From positions 27,654,001 through 27,714,000 of the forward strand of contig NC_045697.1 in assembly GCF_009834535.1 (NCBI RefSeq): a stretch of DNA of 60,000 bases, in the 5' to 3' direction. The position numbers and the translations under genes were made by a program. Under the pieces are notes generated by a model. That model was given only the letters and a program-made list of their open reading frames with translations, was not told the origin of the DNA and searched no databases. Positions 48,771-59,128 of this stretch are shown here, piece by piece. How positions within the stretch are numbered: position 1 is the first letter of the stretch; each line of letters starts with the position of its first letter. Source of the stretch: Camelus ferus (taxonomy: Eukaryota).

Positions 48771-48953
48771 ATATTGAATATAGTTCCCTGTGCTATATTC
48801 AATACCCATCCTATAATAAAAAAGGACATGAAAAGGAACATATGTATGTACATGTATGACTAAAACAACATTATGCTGTACACCAGAAATTGACACCACA
48901 TTGGAAACTGAATATACTTCAATAAAAAATATTAGAAGGCCAAAAAAAAAAAA
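48771..48953 (+). mobile_element. Short camelid-type L1 3' stub with an inverted 5' segment
   Basis: ctataataaaaaaggacatgaaaagg...tatgctgtacaccagaaattgacac...cttcaataaaa plus poly(A); TSD aaagtaggaaagatgg (48755-48770) / aaaggaggaaagatgg (48954-48969). Confidence 0.9.
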
Positions 48954-49061
48954 AAAGGAGGAAAGATGGGTAAAAAGAGCAAATAGGATAAGCTTGAGCT
49001 GTGTTTCCAAAATTTCATCATTTAGCCTTATTCAACTTTGCCATATCCAACTCTGTTCATA

Positions 49062-50308
49062 TTTTCTTAACAGCTACATTGAGGTATAATTGACATACAA
49101 TTGACTGCACATGTTTAAAGTACAGCTTGATGAGTTTTGACATGGATATACACCACATCACCACAACTGACATGCTAAACATATTAATCACCCCCAAGGT
49201 TTTTTTGTACAACATTGCAATCACCCCCCTCACATCTTTCTGACCTCTGTCCAAAGACAACCATTGATCTGCTTTCTATCACTACAGATTAGTTTTCACT
49301 TTCTAGAATCTTATGTAAATGGAATCACTCAGTATGTACATCCTTTTTGTCTGGCTTCATTAACTCAGTAAATTGTTTCGAAATTCATCCATGTTGTGTG
49401 TATCACTAATGCGTTTCTTTTTATGACTGAGAAGTTTGCTATCGTATGAGGATACCACAATTTGTCTGTCCATTCACCTGTTGATGAATGTTTGAGTTCT
49501 TGTCAGTATTTGGCTATTCCACACATAAAGCCACCAGGAATGTCTTTGTACTAGTCTTTGTATGGACGTATGCATTCATCTCTCTTATACATGCAGCAAT
49601 AAAATAGTTGAATCATAGAGTAGGTGTATATTTCACTTTTTAAGAAACTATCAAACTGTTTTTCAAATTGATAATTCATTTATTCCCACCATAATTTATT
49701 CCCACCACCAGTGTAGTAGAGGTTCTGTTGCTCCATACACTTGACAACACTTTGTATGGCTGGTCTTTTACACTGTAACCATTCTGACAGGTGTACAGCA
49801 GTACCTCATTTTGGTTCCAGTTGGAATTTTCTTACTGACTAGTGATGTTGAACTTATTTTCATGATCTTACTTACCACTTATATATGTTTTTTGGTGAAA
49901 TGTCTGTTCAAACTTTTGCCCAATTTTAATTGGGCTGTTGATTTCCTTACTGAGTGTTGAAGAGTGCTTTATATATTCTGGACACAAGTCCTTTACTAGA
50001 TATGAGATTTTCAAATATTTTTTCCAAGTTTGTGACTTGTCTTTTCATTCTCCCAATAGTGCTTTTCTAAGAGCAGAAGGTCCTAATTTTGACACAACTG
50101 AATTTATCAATGTCTTTTTATTAATTGTGATTTTTGTGTTGTATCCAAGGGATCTTCTGTCTAACCTAAGGTCACAGAGATTTTCTCCTATATTTTTTTC
50201 TAGAAGTTTGATAGCCTTTTAATAGATTCATTTTGAGTTGATTTTTGGATCTGGTATGAGACAGAGATCAAAGGGTTGCTTTTCTGTCTGTTTAGTTTTA
50301 CTTATAGA
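49062..50308 (-). mobile_element. Old LINE-1 (L1MD/L1ME1-like) 3' UTR and ORF2 remnant
   Basis: acagctacattgaggtataattgacatacaa...caaccattgatctgctttctatcactacagattag...ctaacctaaggtcacagagattttctcctat. Confidence 0.88.
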
Positions 50309-50310
50309 TA

Positions 50311-50635
50311 GTCTGGCTTCCCTGGACTCCCAGTAGTCTGGCTTCCCTGGACTCCCAGCTCTGCTCCTGTGACCGAGGGAAATTATTGCTCAGCTTTGCT
50401 TGGGTTCCCCTTTCCTGTGCCACAGCCTGGAAACTCTCCAGGTAATAAGAGCTCAGGCAGTCAGAGGGCTCACCTCATTTGTCTCCTGTCAATCAGGGAT
50501 CACCACTCATTCCACTGCATCATGTCCAATACCTTGAGTACTGTTGCTTCATATGTATATTTTTATTTTCAGCTATGACAGACAAAAGGGTAAATCTAGT
50601 CCTGGTTATTCTATCTTGACTAGATTTGGAACTTC
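50311..50635 (-). mobile_element. Old LINE-1 5' end (L1MD/L1M4-like)
   Basis: tgggttcccctttcctgtgccacagcctggaaactctccagg...agggctcacctcatttgt...tcagggatcac...agggtaaatctagtcctggttattc. Confidence 0.7.
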
Positions 50636-51550
50636 CTGTATTCTTATTTAGCCTATTTTCTAACTTCTCCTTTATTCGATCTAAGTATTAATATTAATGT
50701 AATCACAGATTTACAAGGCTACTGCTGTATTGTTTTAGTTCTAATGCACATTAAAGTAAACATCAAGCTATTAACATTTTTAAATGTGCGTTTGTATGCC
50801 ATCTCAAATTATCATGCTTACTTCAGTGGTTCCCATATTGCAAGGTGGGAAAAACCAGTCTCAAGCATTCACCTTGATAGCCCTACCTCATCTACCTCCC
50901 TCCCCCAAGTCATACCATGTGCGTGGAAAATTCTCTGGGAAGTCAGTGATCTACTTTATATTCATTGTTTTTTTAGACTTTTGGGAAAGGTTAGGGATGA
51001 AGGAGGAATGCTGGGTCTGTCCACAGAGGAGCCCCTGAGTGCCAGCTGATTGTGATGTGAATGTGGCTAACCTTTCCATTTGTAAAATAATCTGGAAAGG
51101 CTTTTTTTTTCCCCCATGAGAAATGATGAGAAATTTCCTAATATTGAAAGAAAGAGAAAGAGAAAGAAAGGAAGAAAATGAAGAATCCAACAGCGTAAAT
51201 CAGTGGACTGCACCACAGGCCACCATTTGGCAAACTTGTGGCAAAGCTCTCTGGAGGGTAGTCTGCAACTGAAACTTCTCTGACACTGTTGTATAAAGAA
51301 GTGGCTCCCTTCTTATCAGTCGGGCTGGATTGTGCAGGAGTCAAAAGAGGGTGAGGTGGAAGGAATCAGATTATCTTCTATTATTTTATGTTGAACTGTT
51401 GTAAAGTTCTGCATTTTTTAGTCAAAAAGGATGGAACGTCTGCAGTGTCAAAAAGTTTAGCCTAGTAGGGTTATTGATAAATACCATGACCCTGAGGACA
51501 GTCCTGGGATTGAGTTAGCAATTCTTGATATTTAGTGGCTGAGGATGAAA

Positions 51551-51939
51551 AGTATTAGAAAGGGTAGGCTAACTGCTGTTATCAATGGACTCTAACATAT
51601 AAAATGGCTCAAACACAGTAAAAATGTATGCCCCCCTCACTTACACAGTCCAAAGCAGTTTTGAATTGCCTGGAGGCTCTGTTCAACAACTTGTTCGGGA
51701 ACCAAGACAGGAAGAGAAACTCTGCAGTCTTCAACACTCAGTTTTCAAGGTCACTCCATGTGCCAACACCCAGCAGCAGCAGAAGAGAGTATATGAGAGG
51801 CTTCTACGGGCCAGATCTGGGAGTGGCCCACATCATTTTAATCACACTCCACTGCAAGGGAAACTGGACACTGTGTTCTCATTGTGTGCCAAGAAAGAAT
51901 AGAAAATGGATTGGTGAATGGTTGGCAACCTCTGACACA
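51551..51939 (-). mobile_element. MaLR LTR (MLT1J-like)
   Basis: gtattag...taggctaactgctgt...tggctcaaacaca...ctgcaagggaaactgg...ggattggtgaa...ctctgacaca. Confidence 0.75.
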
Positions 51940-52134
51940 AAGAAAGAAAGCTTGAAGTAAGTCAGTGACTTGGTTAAAACTTAGGAGACTGGGCACATCA
52001 ACCTTTAGGAGATGTCCGGCTCTGATACCTCAGAATTCAGGCAAAAATTCAGGAAAGACAGTTTTTTCCAGAGGACTTACAGAATTTCAGGCTTGCAAGA
52101 AATTTTTTAAGCCAATTTTAAGTCAGCTTGAATA

Positions 52135-52275
52135 GCAGTCGGTAGAAAGAACGTGGACTGTGCTATTAACTAACTCTGTGACCTTTGACAAGTCTTAACC
52201 TGTCTGAGATTTAGATTTCCTTTAAATTATATAATTTTTAGCATTGTTCTAAGAATTTGAGACAAAGTGTGTAAT
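52135..52275 (+). mobile_element. MIR fragment
   Basis: gtagaaagaacgtggact...actaactctgtgacctttgacaagtcttaacctgtctgag. Confidence 0.7.
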
Positions 52276-52329
52276 ATACAAGCATGACACGGAGTCGTGA
52301 AACCCAGCCAAATGGTTATCCAGGCTCCA

Positions 52330-52670
52330 TTAGGAAATCTCCATGGGCAGGGAGCTCAATGCTTCCAGGGTAGCCCTTTCCATGTCTATGCAGAGCTGAC
52401 AGCCAGGAATATTCTTTGTCTCAAACAAAATCCGTTTTTACCTCGAGTCTTACTTCTATCCGCTAAAACCACACAGAGTGAGGTGAATCATGTTTCTGCA
52501 TGACAGTTTTTCAGACACCTAAAACTAGCAGTCATACCCTGGGACTGTTCTTCCAGTTTCTTCTTCTTTGAATCCCTCACCATTCCTGTTGCTCTCATTC
52601 GAAAAACCTCTACTTTGTCTTTAGGTGCTTAAAATGTGATTCACTCACACTGGCATAGAGTACCGTGATA
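52330..52670 (-). mobile_element. CR1/L3 LINE fragment
   Basis: ctccatgggcagggagctcaatgcttcc...gccctttccatg...agagctgacagccaggaatattct...catgacagtttttcagacacct. Confidence 0.55.
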
Positions 52671-52692
52671 GGGTCGTCTCTCGTTTAAGGAA

Positions 52693-53211
52693 TGTATTAG
52701 TCAGGGCTAGGGTATCAGTTATGCTACTGTAACAAAAAGACTTCAAAATATACTTGTTCAAATAAGAGAGAGACCTCTTAGTCTGGAGGTAGGCAGGTGG
52801 CCCAGAACAGGTGTATGGCTTGTCTAGGCACTGAGGTTTCTTTCACTTCCAAGCTCTTCTTGCCCCCTAAGATGTTGTTGCCGTGTATGATTACAGCTGG
52901 CTCACCAGGGCCACATCCAAGTCCTAGCCAGACTCGAGTGGAGGTGAAGCAAAGAAGTGAAGGAAGTGGAGGGCAAGCAACGTTCTTATACGGAAGCAAA
53001 CACCACTCACGCTCATCATGTCTGCACCATCCATTAGTGAGAAATGAGTCACGTGATCACAGCTAGCTGCAAGGGATCCTGGGAAATGTAAGTTCTACTT
53101 TGGGGGTGAGAGGCAGGGGCTGGAACACTGTACTTTGCTATAATGGAAGTGGGTTCTATTACCAGGAATAAGGCGAGAATGGACACAGAAGGAAAACTAC
53201 AAGTCTCTCCA
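52693..53211 (-). mobile_element. MaLR LTR (MLT1K-like)
   Basis: tgtattagtcaggg...atgctactgtaacaaa...gtcacgtgatcacagctagctgcaagggatcctgggaaatgta...ggttctattacc. Confidence 0.75.
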
Positions 53212-55769
53212 TGAGAAACTGTGAAAAACTAAAAGTCCCCCAGATTAAAAGAACTTAGGAATAATTAGCAAGAATCAGTACAAATTGCTAAGAGGAAATG
53301 GGGGGAAATATTAAACAGGGTATCTGTAGCTCAGCTATGTGGCAGGCTAGAAAGTGACAATGACAGATGGCGAGATAAATTGAATTGCTGCAGTTGTTGC
53401 CCGGAAAATGAATGACTAAATGGAGTAGATGCTTCCACTAGAACATTAAGTTAGAAGTTAAAAAAATTTTAAGTCCTACATGTTACAGTTTGAAACAATC
53501 TAGGAGAAATCATCTTTCCAAGAAAAAAAAGAGTAGGAAACCTTCATGTAAGAAAAGTTAGAAATGAGAAAAATTACTACTAACTTTCCCATTCTCTGAG
53601 GAAGAGTGAGGCTGACTGAACTGAACAGGACTTTCCAAGCTCTAATTTCAGTCTTCCTGCCCTTGGTAGAACGGGCAATTTAACCTGGAAGTTCCCGAAA
53701 TGTCAATGAACGAAAAAAGCAGACAAACTGGGGAAAACAAACGTTTTCATTTTGGAGTGGGGTGGGAATAATTGCTGTGAAATATGCTAAAGGCCTAGCT
53801 CGGTTTCTGGTGGTTTCTTGGGGCTTTAAGATTTCATTTTCATGATTCATTGGCCACAAATCATTGAAAGTACCAAGAAGTAAAATACGCTTTAGGCTAA
53901 ATGCATAAATCTCCTTCAGCTTTTAGTAGGACTCCAATATTGACATTTAGAAGGAGGAAATTTTTTCCCCATACGATAACAGCCATCAAGCCCCAACACT
54001 ATTGTTGGAAAATACAACTCCAAGTGTATATCCTGCAGAACAGAAGTCAATTGGGCAGGATCATCTCATTTTTTAAAAAAAGGATACTCCACTCATTAAT
54101 TTAATTGCTTTTACAGGAAATCAGCGATGGCTAGAGTGACCACAGTCTACACTCTCCATTATGAAATTCTAGTTGGCGGTTAGTACAATGGTGAGAAGCA
54201 ACGCCTGAGAGTGGACGGTGTGCTAGGCTGGGATCAGAGCTAGCCTGGGTCCTGCTCAACAGCCTGATGTCTTGCCAAAATTTCCCTGCATAAACTTTAT
54301 TAGAATCACTTTCAGAAAAGAATAGGGGTTATTAAACCTGAAATTATTCTTTGGAATGGAAAATCCCCACTCTTAACACAGAGCACTAGAGAAAGATTTT
54401 GGAATTTTTACATTAACGTGAAGGCAGTTACTCAAGGGGGGTTTAGTTCACTTCTCTCAGCGTCTGTTCTGTGGGATTTCTTTCTTCCTTTTTCCCCTAG
54501 AGGTAATTCTCAATAACCTCCTTCTAGAAGTAGCTTTGAAGTCCTCTACGCACCTGTGTAGATTATAGAGTAGGGAGGCAGGGCTTCCACACCCAAACTC
54601 TAAATTCACAAGGCAGCATGACAGCTTAGACATGCCCCCTAGGATCTCGTCTAAAAGGTGAACCCGAGCTTGGTATAATCTCCTGCAGTGCTTAACCCTT
54701 GCCCGGACTGAGCACAGGGCCCCCATCCTGGGGAAAGAGGACAGACCCCTGCTTCTGTAAGTTACAACTCTGTCTTCAGAAACATACTTCACCTGGTAGG
54801 TGGGCATTTGTGATAGGTGCTCTCAGAACATTATAGAGAATTTCTGACTGTCCCTTATTCTTTCTTTGAGGACACAAGAGTGACAACATGTGACCTCCTG
54901 ATAGGATCCCACCCCCTTGGCTTCTTGGATTTTGAATTAACATGTTAATGACACTATTGGGGAATAAAGGAAGGGGAAATCTCTCTTTCTAACATTACCT
55001 GAGCCACCGCCTTTATCCTATTCTCTTTCTCCTGTATCACCACCCACCCCTTACCCTGAATGAAAGTGTCGGGGGCTGGCCTTATTTCCTAACGGATAGC
55101 ATGGGATTGAAGGATCACAGGAAGAGTGAAAGAGGGTGGGTCTGGAAAAGCTATGACAAAACATTAGGGCTTGGGTTGGTTGGGTTGGGAGAATTCTAAG
55201 ACCAGGGTCAGGAGTGGTGTTGGTCATGGAACTGGCCATGCTAGGCAGGCAAAGAGAAGGGGAGGATAGCAAGGAGAACTTGGTTGAGAGCCAAGCGTTT
55301 GCTCTAGGCAGGAAGTTCCTCACATCCCTCCACTGGGGTGGGACCGACCCTGGGCCCGGCCAGCCTCTGCCTTGCAGGTGCAGGCAGGGAAGAGGTTGCA
55401 CCTGGCTCGAGTGGGCGTGGAGGTGGAAACTGCAGATGGGCACTTGGTTTCTGGCTACAGATCTGGTTCTGCTCCAGTGCCACTCCCTGACCTCCAGGAA
55501 CAAGGAACTCTCTGGCTCCTACCTTGCAGTCCAAGGAACCCTTTTCCTAGCCAGTTTCTCAGTCTTGCTTTTATCTTGTGATTTTTGGCTTTGTCATAGT
55601 TCCAGGACTGTTCCGAGTGGTCCTAATTTCACCCTCTGTGTCTAAGACCAATCCTACTCCTATTCCTGACAGGCTGATAAGGACCCTTTCAGAGTTCTTT
55701 CCTCTTTGGGCCCCAGACTATTTTCAACCTCTAGTTAAGATGAATCTCTAAGCAGTAGGTACCATCTTT

Positions 55770-55875
55770 CTTTTGGTATATATATATATATTTTTTAAAT
55801 TAAAGTATAGTTAGTTTACAATGTCATGTCAATTTCTAGTGTACAGCGTAAAGTTTCAATCATACATGAACATAC
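55770..55875 (-). mobile_element. Very short L1 3' stub with TSD
   Basis: aagtatagttagtttacaatgtcatgtcaatttctagtgtacagc; TSD aggtaccatcttt (55757-55769) / aggtatcatcttt (55876-55888). Confidence 0.88.
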
Positions 55876-56804
55876 AGGTATCATCTTTTTTTAAAAAAAG
55901 TCTTTCTCTCAGTTAATTATTTCAATCCCTGGTTCTAGCCTTTATGCATAGGAAGAAATCATGACACGGAGAAGATTTGGCCAGGATCCTAAACCTTGCA
56001 ACCATCAATCAGCTCATACCACAATAAAAGATCCCCAAGACACCTTTCTCTTTGTCCCCCTGCCCTTTTCTGGCCTCCCCTCTCTGAGTTGTTAGCCTTT
56101 TGACCCTCAGATGGAGGTAGCCTGGGAAGCTGCTCTAAGTCTCCTTTCTTCTGTCCCCCAGGTTGGTTCCAGCACCACAGACCCCGCCTCCCACACCAAG
56201 CTGGAAGTTATTTCCATCCAGCCTATCTCACTGCATCTTCCCAGGGATATGGACTCAAATAAGACACAGTGAAGACAAAAGCAAGATTATTACACATCCT
56301 ATTTTTGCTTATAAATTACATCTCCTCCTACCATTATATGTTCTACTCTTTAGAATAGTATAATCTTACAAAATCTGTCATCTATTATGTCCCTTTCAGA
56401 ATTTCCCATCTTTGTGAATAGAATTTCACTCCCTAGAGAAAATAAAAACACAAAATGAGTGACAATTTGCATACAATTTCAGGGTGCTCTTGTAGCCCAG
56501 GGAGTCCCTGGGTCAAGCCCCTTGAACCCTGGGTCAAGACCCTGGCCCTGAGGTTAGTATGTGCCTTCTGACCTTGATGAATGGACTTTCAGACACTTTC
56601 ATGAGGACTTTCCTGTTCCTTTTGATCCAAAACAACTTTCCAAACAAGCTCTCCAGGCTCTGTGCAACTCTTCTTCCCAGCTCCGCTCCGTGCAGTCACA
56701 CCTCAAAATCACCCTCAACAGCATCTTTATTATTAATGTCATTCCTCCTGAGCCCCACCTTATACCCTAGACCTTTTCTAGGAGACATGGTGTTAGTAGA
56801 AGAA

Positions 56805-57016
56805 ATCCAAATTTATGGATTTGAAGCTTAAAGAAACCCTCTTTAAGAAAGAGTGTATGAAAATATCTTACCATTGCAAATTTCACAACCCTCCAAATAT
56901 ATATATATATATGGCCAAACATACACTGAGGTCCCCTACCAGGACCTTGGTAAGGCCTAGGCAAGTGAGAGGCTCAGAGGTTAAGCTTCATTGGCTCCAT
57001 GGTAAGTCCATCTCTG
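56805..57016. mobile_element. Zaphod/MER115-like hAT-Tip100 deletion derivative
   Basis: tgaagctta...ccctctttaagaaa...aaaatatcttaccattgcaaattt...gcaagtgagagg...ttaagcttcattggctccatggtaagtccatctctg. Confidence 0.65.
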
Positions 57017-57484
57017 TATATTAGCCTATGAGAGGTGATCCCGGGCTGGCCCACTAGAAGATGCCTTGCTCAGTGATTCCTTGTCTATTTGGAGGGTTGA
57101 TGGATATGTCTTTTACATGCAGCTCAGAGCTCCATGTACTCAGAAAGCCTGCACCTTACTGCCAAGCATGACAGCAGCAGCTTGTGATGATTAATTAGAT
57201 TTTTAATTAATGCCTCACCACTTAATTAAGAAGGATCCCTTGGAGTAAAACCCCAACTAAAAATTCTTTCTTTTATGAATCCTCCCTGCCTGATATCAGA
57301 GGAAAAGATGAGACAAGGAGTGTGATGTGTGTTGGGTTTTATTCTCCCATGGGGTCACAAAGATAATATCAGAACAGCTGTATAGATTCCAATTTCTTTC
57401 TGTAAAACTTTCTCACTCTCTGGGTTGCCTGGTGTCCTTTCTCTGGGATTCATTTTCATTTTTATTATTCAGCTCTTTTTAAGG

Positions 57485-57605
57485 CAGCAACATTTACTGA
57501 GTAGCTACTACGTGCTGGTCATTGTTGTAGGTGCTCTGGAGACTCAAAGAGGGTAACTGCTGCCCCTGCCCTCCAGGGAACCCCGGGCTCAGAGAGGCAG
57601 TGAGA
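57485..57605 (-). mobile_element. L2 3' fragment
   Basis: aacatttactgagtagctactacgtgctgg...cccctgccctccagggaa. Confidence 0.65.
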
Positions 57606-57859
57606 TCCACCAGGGTGAAAATATAATTAGGACAAGCAAAGATGAGGCAGGGTAATAAAGAAATGACCGTCAGTGGAGCTTGAAACTGACTCTGGTGACA
57701 GTTCCCCTAGAAGACTCCCCAAGCTGGTTTGAGCAGTCATAGTGTCATTGTGGACCAAGCCGAGTGCTAGACATTTTACATACATTCTCTCTGATTCTCA
57801 CAATTTAGAGTAGAGGACCATGAAGCAAGGAGCACCTTGTCCACAACCCTCACGCTGGT

Positions 57860-58074
57860 TGAATTCCCTTGCTATGTCCTCCCGCAGCACTGGGTTGGTT
57901 GCCTGTGGTTACACCCCAACCGCCAACTATAATCATTGTCCAGTGCCCTCTCTACCGTAGGCTCCATCAGAGAAGGGATTGTGTGTCTGCCTTCGTTACC
58001 GCTGCATTCCCAGCACCCAGTACAGACCAGCATAAAAACTCAAGAAATATTTCGTGAATGAATTGACAGAATGA
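57860..58074 (+). mobile_element. L2 3' end
   Basis: gtaggctccatcagagaagggattgtgtgtctg...ttaccgctgcattcccagcacccagtacag...aaatatttcgtgaatgaat. Confidence 0.75.
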
Positions 58075-58166
58075 GAAGAGGGAGGAGAGAGGGAGAAAGA
58101 GAAGGAGTGACAAGGAAAGGAGGGACGGAAGGAAGGAAGAAAAGAAGGGAGAGAGGAAGGGAGGGA
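58075..58166 (+). repeat. GA-rich low-complexity tract
   Basis: gaagagggaggagagagggagaaagag...ggaaggaaggaag...gagggag. Confidence 0.85.
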
Positions 58167-58977
58167 TTGCAAACGCAGCAGGGCCACAATTCTATCCCAG
58201 CTCTGGCTCCTTTAAAGGTCCAAGCTCTTTCTCCTCCACAGCACTGTCCTTCGGGATCATCAAAGTGTGTGCACAGCCCTGGAAATGACTTCTGGGAAGG
58301 AAAATGCATGCCCATGTGTAGTCTGCTTGAGAAGACTGTAAATCCTCCTCATTCTGTGAACAGTTCCCCCTTGGACATAATGACGTGCCATCGAGAGCAA
58401 GTAGTCCAGGCCAGCGAGAGCAGTACCCACGGCAGAACACATCCCCAGCCTCTGGGGTTCCCACACCCCACCCCATCTAGCCATGCCGATCCTCCCCTTC
58501 TAGGGCTGAGACAGTCCCAGGCTTCCCCTGCACTTGGCCTCTAGGGAGACACTGAGGCCTGTCTGTCCAACTCAGTGTGGAAAAACTCCTCATCCTCTTT
58601 GCTTAGCCAGATCAAGGTTGGCGGCACTCTAAAGAAATTTTTACTAATGAAACTAAGAAAGGAAACACAAAAATAGCTTCCCAGAAGACTAAAATTGGAT
58701 GAGCTGAGTATATTCTGCTAAACCACATTTACCTAAACTGAGACAGGTAGCGCGGCTTACGAGGTGAACTTCCACATTGTGCTCCTTTCCCCTGCCCACC
58801 TGGGCTGAATGCTACACTAAAAGAGTCAGAGTTTTCCTCCCAAGTAGATTTAGGTCGGCAAGATTTCCCAATCTCATGAGAGTCCTAATCTCTCTCAGAA
58901 CCCCTCCCTGGTCCCCCAGCTCACACCCAAACTGTCTTCTCTGACTCTGAGCGGTGGTAAGTTCTCTCCTTCGCAGC

Positions 58978-59128
58978 CAGGGCCAGCTTCATGGGGGTTT
59001 GACCGGTGCGGTTGCTCAGGGCCTCGTGCTCAGAAGGGCACCTTGCTTGGTTGGGGTTGAACTTTCTGCAGTCGCTGTCTTGAAATCCTTAATAATTTGC
59101 TGTTTGAATTTGTTTTTTGGAAGTGAAG
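58978..59128. mobile_element. MER91-like hAT-Tip100 element
   Basis: cagggccagcttcatggg...cagggcctcgtgctcagaaggg...tctgcagtcgctgtcttgaaatccttaataattt. Confidence 0.8.

Noticed and set aside
55051..55645. Overlapping 150-aa and 143-aa ORFs on opposite strands
   Set aside because: No recognisable homology and non-ATG starts; locally GC-rich sequence lowers stop-codon frequency
56135..56170. Strong-looking splice acceptor (ctcctttcttctgtcccccag|g), likewise near 42141 and 43536
   Set aside because: No convincing partner donor or coding frame; such motifs occur often by chance
58071..58544. 157-aa ORF
   Set aside because: Begins in an L2 tail and GA-rich repeat; low-complexity R/G/E start with no family resemblance
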